The notes below the pieces were generated by a model. It saw nothing but the letters and a program-made list of their open reading frames with translations, made no database searches and was not told the DNA's origin. The position numbers were made by a program, and so were the translations under genes. From a virus, in the IMG/VR virus record IMGVR_UViG_3300040801_002079, positions 95,837-159,836 of that record: DNA of 64,000 bases; one strand, 5' to 3'. Position 1 is the first letter of the stretch; each line of letters begins with the position of its first letter. This document shows, in pieces, positions 35,134 to 44,522 of the stretch.

Positions 35134-35592
35134 ATGTGGTTACCAGATTTTAGCAATTTATTCTATGGAACATCAAATGTCAAGAATGGCAGAATCGGCA
35201 CTCATTTCAATATTGGGTGGCTTTCGCATCGCCATGAGTTTCCCACCGGAAGCATTGATGATGAAATCTTAAATAAATTAAGAGCATATCCCATTGTTAA
35301 TAGATGTAGAGGATTTCATCCCTGTGATTTTTGTGAAGAAAATGTGTTTGGTAATGGTGAAATTCATGTGATAAGTAACGGTGGGGTTGAATTTAGATCA
35401 CCCCAAATGCTCATTCATTATATTGAATTCCATAGTTATTTGCCACCTCAACCATTTCTAGACGCAGTTATTGGGTTGCCTGTAAGCAGAAATGATGTTA
35501 TTCAGTATATCTTACACCATCACGAACCAACCCTCCAATTCTATGAAGAATGGGAGAAGGGGTTACAGACATATCTTAATAAATTTGGATAG
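35134..35592 (+). CDS. hypothetical protein
   Basis: ORF track, 152 aa. Confidence 0.5.
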   Translation: MWLPDFSNLFYGTSNVKNGRIGTHFNIGWLSHRHEFPTGSIDDEILNKLRAYPIVNRCRGFHPCDFCEENVFGNGEIHVISNGGVEFRSPQMLIHYIEFHSYLPPQPFLDAVIGLPVSRNDVIQYILHHHEPTLQFYEEWEKGLQTYLNKFG

Positions 35593-35596
35593 ATAT

Positions 35597-38500
35597 TTAC
35601 CCTGAAACTGTCGGTGTTACGGTTATTGTCGGTGTAACCGTAGCTGTAACAGTTGGTGTAACCGTTAATGTCGGTGTAACCGTAGCTGTAACAGTTGGTG
35701 TAACTGTATTTGTTGGCGTAATCGTTGGTGTAACCGTAGTAGTCGGAGTTACTGTTGGGGTTAATGAAATAGTAGCTGTAACAGTTGGTGTAACGGTTGG
35801 TGTAGGAGTAGGAGTAGCTTCGATGCCCTTCCATTTTAAAACCAGAGAGTCAATAACTTGCTCAACTGTGAAATCATTTAATCCACCCTGAATAAAAATA
35901 ACTTCACCTATATCAGCATTGAGTCCATCAACCATTGTCATATCATTACAAAATATCCATGATTCATCCACAACAAATGAATCAACATCCAGTGTTCCAG
36001 TGTCAACAATTTCACTGTTATAATATGCCTTAACAGACGTACCATCCTTGAATATTCCACGAATAACAATTTCACCCGCTTCGGGATTATTTCCTACACC
36101 TTGTGTTAATGTTAATTCCGTTCCTCCATCTGGATAGAACGTAGCTATCGGTCCATCATCAACAGTGGAATTATAGAGTCTAATTCTTGCTGAACTTGTG
36201 TCGGTACTAGAAAAGAATGTGTCGGTGGAACTGTTAGCTATATTGGCAGTTACCCAGAACATCCCAACATTTGAAAAATCACTTATAGCGTTCCCCTGTG
36301 TTCCAACATTTACCGCGCCCGTCACACGGGCAACACTGAGGCCGTTAAATGCATTTTCTCTATATGTTATATTGGCTGCATTCCTCCATGAGGGCATTGT
36401 GCCGGAATTATTAACCCATGCAGAAACTGATTGACCATCAGTTGGGTTAGTTATAATTTCCCCCTCCGATGATCCCGTTGATAACCACTGTCCATCACTT
36501 GCGTCAAGCCATGTTATAACGGAAACATCCGTATCATCAATCCACCAATTTGGTTTATCATATAAGTCATGATATGTGAAGCCATTGCCGCTATTGTAGA
36601 AGAATGAAATGTCTCCATCAGCTAATAAAACATCACCGTGCACGGCTTGTCCTATATTGCCTTGGAATTTATATCCAGTATTGGAGCCATAAAGTCCCAT
36701 ATTGGTGTACATCCATTGATTGTCACCAGTATTAGACGTTGGATTAGATGGGGTGTTGGTTACAGTATGCCACTCAAACGGAGACCCGTTTACAGAAATT
36801 CCCATTCTGCCAAGAGTTGAATCCCATTGGACGCAAATTAAATATCGCTGAAGTCTCTGATATTCTTCACTGAATAGTAAAATTTCATCGTCAATTAAAT
36901 CTGAATTATTTCTACAAACAAACGCTATTTCGTTTCGGTGTGTACCAAAACTATCAGATATTGATATGCCGGAATCATAAGGGTTATAGGGATTATTAAC
37001 TTCACTCACGTACCTAATCCCTCGTCCTCTGAGCATCAAGAACCACCCATCTCCTTGCCCATCTTCGCCTGCTGGTCCCTTTTCTGAGCCAACACTTATA
37101 AGCGTTTTATCAGAAACATCTTCCATTGGCTCACACCATATCCAGTGGAACCAATCATTATCAAAATTAAATGATTCTGCTCTTGTTGAACCACTATTCC
37201 ATCCAGATGTTGAATTATTTGAAAGCACATTATATTCCCTTCCAGTTATCATATCTTCATCTCTAACGGTGGAAATATCCCATGGAGTTGACATATCAAA
37301 TTCATAAAAAGCGTCATAGGCATGTGTCATAAAGAGCTTTGTACCATCTGAGCTAATATCAATTCCATATATCTGCGATGAATCACCTTGCAGGTAATTA
37401 AAGTTATGACTGTTAGTTAATGTTGCGCTGGTTATATCCCAAGCCGTACTCAGTGTATATTGTTCAAGCTCTGCAAAATCTGCTGTTCTATTGCGGCACA
37501 TTACATACATTTCAGTGCCATCGGGCTTAAATTTTAATCCTACTGGAGAGTCGGAGGTTGACGTTGTTGCAAGTGGAGTTCCACCAGATACACTTGATGT
37601 TATATCCCATGGTGTTCCTAATGTGTATTCAGAGATAGCATCTGTGCCAATAGATGTGCCGAAGAACTTTGTTCCATCGGGGCTAATATAAATACCATGC
37701 ATCTCACTATTAACTACAAGCTCCCCCGCAATGGGTGCAGCATTTATATCCCAAGGTGTTGAGCATGTTAACTGATAAATCTTAAATGTGCTGGGATTTC
37801 TCTCTTCTACCGATACATAGAGACTGGTGCCATCGGGACTGAATATAGCAGCATTTGTAGCGGCCCAGCGTGATATATCTTCAACATCAGGATGATAAAG
37901 ATTGCGTCTATTCCCATCACATGTTGCTGTTGTTACATCCCATGGCGTTGACAGTGTAAATGTGAACAAATCGCTGCCGAATTCGGTAAGGATATATAAT
38001 TTGGTTCCGTCTGAAGATATATCCATATCCTGTGGAACCCCATCCCAGAAATTAATTTCAAATCTACCTTCTAGTGTTGCTGTGCTCAAATCTTTAGGTG
38101 TTGACATTAGATATTGTGTAATCCAATTACCCTCTTCACCTAAAATATACAATCTGGTATTATCATCGCTTATATGAAGCGCTCTTGCTCCGCTGTGTAG
38201 GCTTTCATCTACTGATAGTTCAATACTATCATAAGTCATGGTACTAATGTCCCATGGAGTTGAAAGGCTAAATGAATGCAATGCAAAGTAATCTGCTGGC
38301 ACTAAATATCGATCAGCTATAGCAAAATATTTAGTTCCATCGGATGAAAAAGCTCCCCCATACTCTGCCCAATCAACGCCCAACGTCGATAAATCAAGGT
38401 AGTAATAACTTGTAGGGTCTAATGTTGTTATATCCCAAGCAGTGGATAGAGTATATGATGCTACGCCACCATTGCCGTGCTCATACATAATCAAACCATC

Positions 38501-40219
38501 TGAGGAAAATTCAATACCATCTTCTTCACCTACATAATAATTAGTATCACTTGTTTTATAATCGGTGTACGCTGAATTTATATCCCATGGTGTTCTTAAC
38601 TCTATCTGATAAACATTGTCTTCCCATGATCCATAAAAATAAAAATATCTACCATCTATGCTAAAAGTTGATGCTAGGGTGCCACCATCTATCCAAGAAA
38701 AGAATTTAGCATTTGATACATGTGCCCCCTCTATTGACCATGGTTTGTTAATTGTTTGCTCACATATTCCACTATTCCCGAAATCTGTCACGAATAACCG
38801 TGTCCCATCATCTACAAAGTGTATACCAGTAGGATTTTGCCACGGTTCCGTTACGTGCATTCTTTCCACAATATTGGTGAGGTTCATCGGATCAAACCCT
38901 TCGTCTCTTATATTCGTGGTTCTATCTCCGGTTGTTTCATCCCAATATGCCGTTTTTATAAATGCCCCGGAACTCTCGTCTGCTGTGTTTTCGTTTGTTA
39001 TAACAGGCTTTTCTCTGGAAGCATCTTGATTAAACTCGAACCATGTGATAACACTTGGGTATATTGGAGGAGCGGGTGACGGCGTAGGGGTTGGTGCCAG
39101 ATAAACATATTCGATGATCAGTTTTTCAGATATTCCAACCTTAACATGTGAATGTTTGGGCGTACTACACTCACCATCACCGTCAAATCCAGCCGTATTA
39201 ACATATCCATATAATTTAACGAATCCAGTGCTTGCAGATGTTGGGACCAAATCAGCTAGATGTATAATGGTTTCATTCGCATTTTTATCATATTCAGATC
39301 GAATAATCTTATACTGCTTATCACTATCTGTCCCAGTATCTTCAATTTCAATATAACGATTAGGAAGCATACCGGTTCTTAATTGAATACTTCCGTGATT
39401 AGAACCTTCTGTTGTATTCGTAAACGAAGTTTGGGTCGTACTATGTAAATTTATTGTTGTAAAGTTGCCATCGAAGTTATAACTTTCGATTAAATATGCT
39501 CCGTTATTCTTGTTACCAATTTTATATTCGACAATGGCGTTATCCAATCCAACCGCTATTGGTTTACTCTCAGATATAACAATTGTTGTAATATTTGATA
39601 TGGAATCGTATGTTGCAGATAGTACAGTGTACATATCGTCATCAACATCCGCATTATATAGTTTAAACCTGCCCTCATTGATCAACTCTTGTGTATAATT
39701 TCCCTTAACAAGAATTTGTGTCTCTGTGGTAGTGTGTACATCAAGGGTTCTTACGGGAACAACCAAAAATAATTTCTGAAAAGCTAGCTGTGGACGAATA
39801 TCGCCCCTAACCACAATTGAATCATATGTTGGTATGGAATCAATTTGTGCGCGAACATCATATGTGTTATTACCTGAAATGCGAACGGTGTCAGTTACGT
39901 TTTCTATTTCATTGATGGGCAATACGTTTACAAGATCGGAGTTATCAAAAATTACACCATAACCACCAAGACACTCAAACAAATCACAGCAGTCAACCGA
40001 GTCGAATCCACATTCGCCATCCCATGTATATCCATAACCCACTGTTTGACACAAGGGATTATTTTTATAGTCGATGTTAAAAAATATATTTTCCTCGAAC
40101 TTTACATCCAAATCTTCTCGAAAATTATAGTTCTCAATAATTTCTAGAATTTTCGTATGGTACGGTTTAACGTCAAGAAAATATTTTTTAAACGAGTCGG
40201 TTGGTCTTGAGTTAGTCAT
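35597..40219 (-). CDS. giant tail-fibre/structural protein (1540 aa) with repeated STPWDI modules and C-terminal Thr-Pro-Val linker
   Basis: At least 9 copies of L(S/G)TPWDI(S/T) at roughly 60-70 aa spacing; C-terminal (TPTV)n tail; ATG with upstream GATAAATA. Confidence 0.65.
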   Translation of the reverse strand: MTNSRPTDSFKKYFLDVKPYHTKILEIIENYNFREDLDVKFEENIFFNIDYKNNPLCQTVGYGYTWDGECGFDSVDCCDLFECLGGYGVIFDNSDLVNVLPINEIENVTDTVRISGNNTYDVRAQIDSIPTYDSIVVRGDIRPQLAFQKLFLVVPVRTLDVHTTTETQILVKGNYTQELINEGRFKLYNADVDDDMYTVLSATYDSISNITTIVISESKPIAVGLDNAIVEYKIGNKNNGAYLIESYNFDGNFTTINLHSTTQTSFTNTTEGSNHGSIQLRTGMLPNRYIEIEDTGTDSDKQYKIIRSEYDKNANETIIHLADLVPTSASTGFVKLYGYVNTAGFDGDGECSTPKHSHVKVGISEKLIIEYVYLAPTPTPSPAPPIYPSVITWFEFNQDASREKPVITNENTADESSGAFIKTAYWDETTGDRTTNIRDEGFDPMNLTNIVERMHVTEPWQNPTGIHFVDDGTRLFVTDFGNSGICEQTINKPWSIEGAHVSNAKFFSWIDGGTLASTFSIDGRYFYFYGSWEDNVYQIELRTPWDINSAYTDYKTSDTNYYVGEEDGIEFSSDGLIMYEHGNGGVASYTLSTAWDITTLDPTSYYYLDLSTLGVDWAEYGGAFSSDGTKYFAIADRYLVPADYFALHSFSLSTPWDISTMTYDSIELSVDESLHSGARALHISDDNTRLYILGEEGNWITQYLMSTPKDLSTATLEGRFEINFWDGVPQDMDISSDGTKLYILTEFGSDLFTFTLSTPWDVTTATCDGNRRNLYHPDVEDISRWAATNAAIFSPDGTSLYVSVEERNPSTFKIYQLTCSTPWDINAAPIAGELVVNSEMHGIYISPDGTKFFGTSIGTDAISEYTLGTPWDITSSVSGGTPLATTSTSDSPVGLKFKPDGTEMYVMCRNRTADFAELEQYTLSTAWDITSATLTNSHNFNYLQGDSSQIYGIDISSDGTKLFMTHAYDAFYEFDMSTPWDISTVRDEDMITGREYNVLSNNSTSGWNSGSTRAESFNFDNDWFHWIWCEPMEDVSDKTLISVGSEKGPAGEDGQGDGWFLMLRGRGIRYVSEVNNPYNPYDSGISISDSFGTHRNEIAFVCRNNSDLIDDEILLFSEEYQRLQRYLICVQWDSTLGRMGISVNGSPFEWHTVTNTPSNPTSNTGDNQWMYTNMGLYGSNTGYKFQGNIGQAVHGDVLLADGDISFFYNSGNGFTYHDLYDKPNWWIDDTDVSVITWLDASDGQWLSTGSSEGEIITNPTDGQSVSAWVNNSGTMPSWRNAANITYRENAFNGLSVARVTGAVNVGTQGNAISDFSNVGMFWVTANIANSSTDTFFSSTDTSSARIRLYNSTVDDGPIATFYPDGGTELTLTQGVGNNPEAGEIVIRGIFKDGTSVKAYYNSEIVDTGTLDVDSFVVDESWIFCNDMTMVDGLNADIGEVIFIQGGLNDFTVEQVIDSLVLKWKGIEATPTPTPTVTPTVTATISLTPTVTPTTTVTPTITPTNTVTPTVTATVTPTLTVTPTVTATVTPTITVTPTVSG
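35629..35712 (-). repeat. 42-bp tandem repeat x2 encoding TPTV linker
   Basis: tcggtgtaaccgtagctgtaacagttggtgtaac... repeated. Confidence 0.6.
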
Positions 40220-40246
40220 AAATGTATTTATCTTATTATTATCTAC

Positions 40247-40275
40247 TTGAAATCGCCTATTTTGTTTGATATAAT
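40247..40275 (+). promoter_or_regulatory. sigma70-type promoter (TTGAAA-N17-TATAAT)
   Basis: ATG 40286 follows 10 nt after the -10. Confidence 0.5.
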
Positions 40276-40285
40276 CCTATTTATT

Positions 40286-40915
40286 ATGAGATTTGTAAAG
40301 TATCCAAAAACAAACTATCTGCCATGGTCACGCTCTATTGGTGAGGGAGACCGTGTACTTAAACATATGGATATATTTGAAAATCAGCGAGTTATTGTAA
40401 CTGAAAAAATGGATGGTGAAAATACCACCATGTATCACTCTAAGATTCATGCTCGTTCTCTGGATTCCGTTAATCACCCCTCTAGAAACTGGGTGAAAAA
40501 TTATTGGGCATCTATTCAATATAATATCCCACATGATATTCGAATTTGCGGAGAAAACTGCTTCGCAAAACATTCTATTCATTATACCAAATTGCCATCA
40601 TATTTTCTAGGATTTAATGCTTGGAAAGAAAACACATGTCTAGAATGGGATGAAACTATGGAATTATTTTCAACCATAGGTATATCTCCCGTCAAAGTTT
40701 TATACGATGACATATATGATGAAAACTTAATTCGAACTATTCCAATAAATGAATCTAAGTGTGAAGGCTATGTTATGCGCCTAGCGCGATCATTCACTAT
40801 GGATGAGTTTCCGCGTGTTGTCGGAAAGTATGTAAGAGAAAATCATGTACAGACCGATGAGCATTGGATGAAAGGTCCAATGATACCCAATATTCTTAAG
40901 GAAATAACACTATGA
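40286..40915 (+). CDS. ATP-dependent RNA ligase family protein (KxDG motif I)
   Basis: VTEKMDGEN nucleotidyltransferase motif I; start ATG 40286 (MRFVKYPK) within track ORF 40247..40915. Confidence 0.55.
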   Translation: MRFVKYPKTNYLPWSRSIGEGDRVLKHMDIFENQRVIVTEKMDGENTTMYHSKIHARSLDSVNHPSRNWVKNYWASIQYNIPHDIRICGENCFAKHSIHYTKLPSYFLGFNAWKENTCLEWDETMELFSTIGISPVKVLYDDIYDENLIRTIPINESKCEGYVMRLARSFTMDEFPRVVGKYVRENHVQTDEHWMKGPMIPNILKEITL

Positions 40916-41157
40916 TTGTACCAGAAGATACCCTTTTAATGGACGGATATGACGATTGTCTAGAAGGAATTTGTATTCGCTTTGGTCAAGACCCCATTGC
41001 AATATATGATTATGATAAAGTCATTAATAAATTAATGGAAGATGGCCTATCAGAGGTTGACGCAACGGAATGGTTCGAATATAATATGATTGGTGCGTGG
41101 GTAGGAGAAAAGACTCCCGCATTTATCGTGAAAGATGTAGAGTTTGAATACGAATAA
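40912..41157 (+). CDS. hypothetical protein
   Basis: ORF track, 81 aa. Confidence 0.5.
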   Translation: MIVPEDTLLMDGYDDCLEGICIRFGQDPIAIYDYDKVINKLMEDGLSEVDATEWFEYNMIGAWVGEKTPAFIVKDVEFEYE

Positions 41158-41165
41158 ATTTTTAA

Positions 41166-41173
41166 TATAAATA
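41166..41173 (+). promoter_or_regulatory. T4-late-type TATAAATA box upstream of 41194
   Basis: Exact 8-mer 20 nt before the ATG. Confidence 0.35.
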
Positions 41174-41193
41174 TACAATAGGAACATTATAAT

Positions 41194-41409
41194 ATGAATG
41201 GCAAAACCGCAAAACTTATCCGGAAAGTTGCATTAACTGCGCCCTACGGCAATAAAGGATTTGATGAAGAAGAAACAAAATATGTTATGAGGGAAAGCAC
41301 AATTATGTTGGCACCCGGAGTTAGACTCACAGAAAAGTTGCTCAAGAAATTCTACAAGCAGGGCAAATTCACCACAGAAGATTTAAGACAGGGCCTTCTT
41401 TCAGAATAA
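41194..41409 (+). CDS. hypothetical protein
   Basis: ORF track, 71 aa. Confidence 0.5.
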   Translation: MNGKTAKLIRKVALTAPYGNKGFDEEETKYVMRESTIMLAPGVRLTEKLLKKFYKQGKFTTEDLRQGLLSE

Positions 41410-41735
41410 TGAACGATTTTATAATCTTTGATGAAATTATATCAACCGAGCCTAGCGTCAACTGGCTTGACTATCTGGGTCAATCGAATGTAAATTTGGT
41501 TAATTTACATGCATCCATATATGCCCTTCTCTTGGTTCACAGTGATGATGAGTCATTAAGTGGAGATGAGCAAAAAACACTGGATGAGGCCCGTGATATT
41601 CTGGATCAACATATATCACATGACAATCTTTTTGACATTATGGGTGACGAAGTTGGGTCATATGATTATGATCCACAATCAGTTTTAAAGTACGCAGTAA
41701 GAATTATTGACTTTTATAAAGGAGATTCAACCTAA
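41409..41735 (+). CDS. hypothetical acidic protein
   Basis: ORF track, 108 aa. Confidence 0.5.
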   Translation: MNDFIIFDEIISTEPSVNWLDYLGQSNVNLVNLHASIYALLLVHSDDESLSGDEQKTLDEARDILDQHISHDNLFDIMGDEVGSYDYDPQSVLKYAVRIIDFYKGDST

Positions 41736-41736
41736 A

Positions 41737-41910
41737 ATGCGTAATGAAATGCAAAAGTTGTTACAGTTAACACAAGCACTTGAAAAGGCAACTGATCCCG
41801 ATGAGAGGGATAGATTGGAAGAAGAAATTTTTAATTTGGAAATGGAAATGGAAGACTATGATGATAACCAATATAGGACAAACCATCATCAAAAATTTTC
41901 TGACTTTTGA
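41737..41910 (+). CDS. hypothetical small protein
   Basis: ATG with AGGAG RBS within track ORF 41707..41910. Confidence 0.45.
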   Translation: MRNEMQKLLQLTQALEKATDPDERDRLEEEIFNLEMEMEDYDDNQYRTNHHQKFSDF

Positions 41911-41926
41911 ATAAATACGGAAAAAT

Positions 41927-42000
41927 GGGAGTGTCTGGTTATATTGGAGTCTCGCTGGGGAGCGAGTTTTGTTGGGGACCAGACACTCCCTTATTTTTTA
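41927..42000 (+). terminator. long-stem structured element / terminator (13-bp stem GGGAGTGTCTGGT...ACCAGACACTCCC, nested CTCGCT-GGGG-AGCGAG, then TTATTTTTTA)
   Basis: Perfect inverted repeat read directly, followed by a U-tract. Confidence 0.5.
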
Positions 42001-42010
42001 GGGCAGACCA

Positions 42011-42217
42011 ATGATTGATAAAGATGAAGTTGCTATTTTAACCAACAATATTACCAATAGTATTAAAGACATCTTAGAGAATAAAAAAATTAGTTATATG
42101 TCAGATACCCCTGAATTTGTGGAGGGATTGTTGGTCGGACTAGAGATAGCTGGGATTTATGGGAATGATATTCAAAAAGTTTATTCTGATTTTGTTTCTC
42201 GCAATAATAGCGAGTAG
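42011..42217 (+). CDS. hypothetical protein
   Basis: ORF track, 68 aa. Confidence 0.5.
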   Translation: MIDKDEVAILTNNITNSIKDILENKKISYMSDTPEFVEGLLVGLEIAGIYGNDIQKVYSDFVSRNNSE

Positions 42218-42425
42218 TTGCACTATAAATGATCCTAAGCCGTTTTTTCCAGAAAATGCGATAACGTGTGTGCACAAATATGAAAAAGAAATAAAATTCA
42301 CTTACTTGCCCGAAAATATCAGCAGATTTATCATCAATGACATGACTATGTTCCATATTGCAACCATCGATGATAGAAATGTATTTTTAAACATCTACGA
42401 AATAGAAAATTACAACTGTGATTGA
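42159..42425 (+). CDS. lipoprotein (putative)
   Basis: Signal peptide with IASSC lipobox-like cysteine. Confidence 0.45.
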   Translation: MGMIFKKFILILFLAIIASSCTINDPKPFFPENAITCVHKYEKEIKFTYLPENISRFIINDMTMFHIATIDDRNVFLNIYEIENYNCD

Positions 42426-42723
42426 CTTAAGCAAAATGAGCCTGCCACGTAAAGTCTTGGTTTACATGAGACTCCCTCATTCTTATTACCTAAATATGAT
42501 TACAGCTATTATTGCTATGATACTGTCCGGTATATTTTTACATCGAAGTGTGACGTATCTAATTAGCGGTGATATGTGGATTGGGATAATAGAGTTTTTT
42601 ATTGGTTGTATGATTATCATATTTGGAATAATATGTATTTCAAGATTTATGAGAAAATACCATGATTACTTATATGGAATCATAACCAAAGGAAAATCCA
42701 ATTTGGAGATAAAATTTAAATGA
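42418..42723 (+). CDS. membrane protein
   Basis: ORF track, 101 aa, two TM helices. Confidence 0.5.
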   Translation: MIDLSKMSLPRKVLVYMRLPHSYYLNMITAIIAMILSGIFLHRSVTYLISGDMWIGIIEFFIGCMIIIFGIICISRFMRKYHDYLYGIITKGKSNLEIKFK

Positions 42724-43040
42724 ATATGAGAATCAGGACAAAATGGGGTCAAATTATTATAGACCCTGAAAGAATTTTTGAAATGCGAGTAGTTGTTAAT
42801 CCATGGGACAATGTTTACAAAGTAGAGTTTGTCATGGACGGCACATATGAGGTTATACCAGCAGATGTGGCAAATGCCAATGAGCTTAACGCTCTTATGC
42901 GCAGGGTGACCAATGAACTTCACTTTGTAAAACAATACAAGTTCAAAGATACTACTGGACATTTGCAGATTAATGAAGCAAGAAGGCGGTCAGCCTTTAA
43001 GGAGAGGAAAGAGTATGAAGCGAATAATAATGTACAGTAA
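42720..43040 (+). CDS. hypothetical protein
   Basis: ORF track, 106 aa. Confidence 0.5.
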   Translation: MNMRIRTKWGQIIIDPERIFEMRVVVNPWDNVYKVEFVMDGTYEVIPADVANANELNALMRRVTNELHFVKQYKFKDTTGHLQINEARRRSAFKERKEYEANNNVQ

Positions 43041-43281
43041 ACCAACATGCAGTTTTTGCACTAAAGCTAAAAAATTGCTTGATGAGAAAATGGTCCCATA
43101 TGAGGAAAGAGTGGTTGGGAATGGATATTCGGCAGATCAGGTGAGAGAACATTGTCGAAAATTGGACCCCAATGCCGTAGTAACAACTGTTCCTCAAATT
43201 ATTTTACAAATTGATACATCTGAGCAGTACATAGGGGGATATACAGAGTTGGCAGTTAAGGTTCATTCTGGAACCTTGTAG
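43015..43281 (+). CDS. glutaredoxin (NrdC-like)
   Basis: IIMYSKPTCSFCTKAK CxxC active site; AGGAGAGG RBS; ATG inside track ORF 42973..43281. Confidence 0.6.
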   Translation: MKRIIMYSKPTCSFCTKAKKLLDEKMVPYEERVVGNGYSADQVREHCRKLDPNAVVTTVPQIILQIDTSEQYIGGYTELAVKVHSGTL

Positions 43282-43289
43282 GAGGAAGT

Positions 43290-43607
43290 ATGGATGGTGT
43301 TTTAATAGTATTGGCTCTACTTCTGGGCGTTATTATTTCCGCGTGTGCAATAGCATACAAAGAAAGAAAATTTGAGCCACCGGTCACTGATGAACAAGAT
43401 AATGTTGTTGTTAACGGCGTTGTTTTGGGTAAGTATTACGGAGACCCTGAAACCAAAACATGCGTAGAAGTTATAGCGGTTGAAGATGATATGGTCGCCT
43501 TTCGACATATGAGCGAAGAAATTCACAGTATGCCAAAAAGCGCATTTTTAGAAAAATATTATAAGTATCCCAACGGATGTGAGTTCCCGGAAATTGATAG
43601 ATACTAA
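43290..43607 (+). CDS. membrane-anchored hypothetical protein
   Basis: ORF track, 105 aa. Confidence 0.5.
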   Translation: MDGVLIVLALLLGVIISACAIAYKERKFEPPVTDEQDNVVVNGVVLGKYYGDPETKTCVEVIAVEDDMVAFRHMSEEIHSMPKSAFLEKYYKYPNGCEFPEIDRY

Positions 43608-43881
43608 AGTAGTACACTGTCAGAGCGAACCATATGATATTTATATTGGTAGACCCAGTATATGGGGTAATCCGTTCAAAATAAATGATGGGATGACCCG
43701 CAAAGAAGCTATAAATGCCTATAGGGATTGGATTCTATATTCCCCAGATGCTGAAGAGCAGCGATCTAAATTACACACATTAAAAGGAAAAACACTTGGA
43801 TGTTGGTGTAAGCCAAAATCATGTCATGGGGATGTTTTGGTTGAATTAGCCGACAATAACGTGCTAGACTTGCTATCATGA
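43579..43881 (+). CDS. DUF4326-family protein (CWC motif)
   Basis: YDIYIGRPS...GNPF...GCWCKPKSCHGDVL. Confidence 0.5.
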   Translation: MSSRKLIDTKVVHCQSEPYDIYIGRPSIWGNPFKINDGMTRKEAINAYRDWILYSPDAEEQRSKLHTLKGKTLGCWCKPKSCHGDVLVELADNNVLDLLS

Positions 43882-44324
43882 AATACATTAAACAGGACAT
43901 AACAAAGGTTGAGCGTGGCATCATTGTTCATGGAGTGAATTGTTTAGGTGTTATGGGCAGTGGTGTCGCGCTAGCTATTCGAAACGCCTTTCCAGTTGTA
44001 TATGAAAAGTTTAAAGATGCCCCCACTGGAAAAGACATGTTGGGCACCACCCATATGATTACTGTAAAAGATGATCTTTATGTTGCGAATTGCTACACCC
44101 AAGTGAACTATGGTTCAGATAACAGGCGTTACGCAGACTTAGATGCTGTTCGTAAATGTTTAACGGATTGCTATGATTTTGCCGATTTAATGCAACTCCC
44201 ATTATGTTCAGCTAAAATAGCTAGCCTTCGCGGTGGTCTGGATTGGGATACAGAAGTTGAACCTATTTTTTTGGAACTAAATAAAGAGTATACGAACGTA
44301 GACGTTGCAATTTACTATATATAG
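43878..44324 (+). CDS. macro-domain protein (ADP-ribose binding/hydrolase)
   Basis: GIIVHGVNCLGVMGSGVALAI macro signature. Confidence 0.6.
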   Translation: MKYIKQDITKVERGIIVHGVNCLGVMGSGVALAIRNAFPVVYEKFKDAPTGKDMLGTTHMITVKDDLYVANCYTQVNYGSDNRRYADLDAVRKCLTDCYDFADLMQLPLCSAKIASLRGGLDWDTEVEPIFLELNKEYTNVDVAIYYI

Positions 44325-44333
44325 GAGTATACT

Positions 44334-44519
44334 ATGCTTATTGATGGAACAAACGCTAGTACAGCAAAATACAATGTAATCGTTAATGGAAGAGTGGTTC
44401 GACACAAGGTTCCAAAAATGGTTGCTGAAAACTACATTATAAACTTAGATGAAAATTCACAGAAAGAGGCCAAAATGGTCCCCGTAACTGATGAAGGAAA
44501 AGAAATCTTATTAGGATAG
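44334..44519 (+). CDS. hypothetical protein
   Basis: ORF track, 61 aa. Confidence 0.45.
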   Translation: MLIDGTNASTAKYNVIVNGRVVRHKVPKMVAENYIINLDENSQKEAKMVPVTDEGKEILLG

Positions 44520-44522
44520 GAA

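Noticed and set aside
36198-39698. Eight small plus-strand ORFs inside the 1540-aa minus-strand fibre gene
   Set aside because: Each is embedded antisense in a single long, repeat-structured ORF with a proper start. None has RBS or promoter context.
42090-42356. Minus ORFs inside plus-strand gene-dense regions (42090..42356, 42666..42962, 43317..43526, 44432..44662, 61077..61527)
   Set aside because: Antisense to well-supported plus-strand genes (glutaredoxin region, nadV). Products are low-complexity and lack start context.
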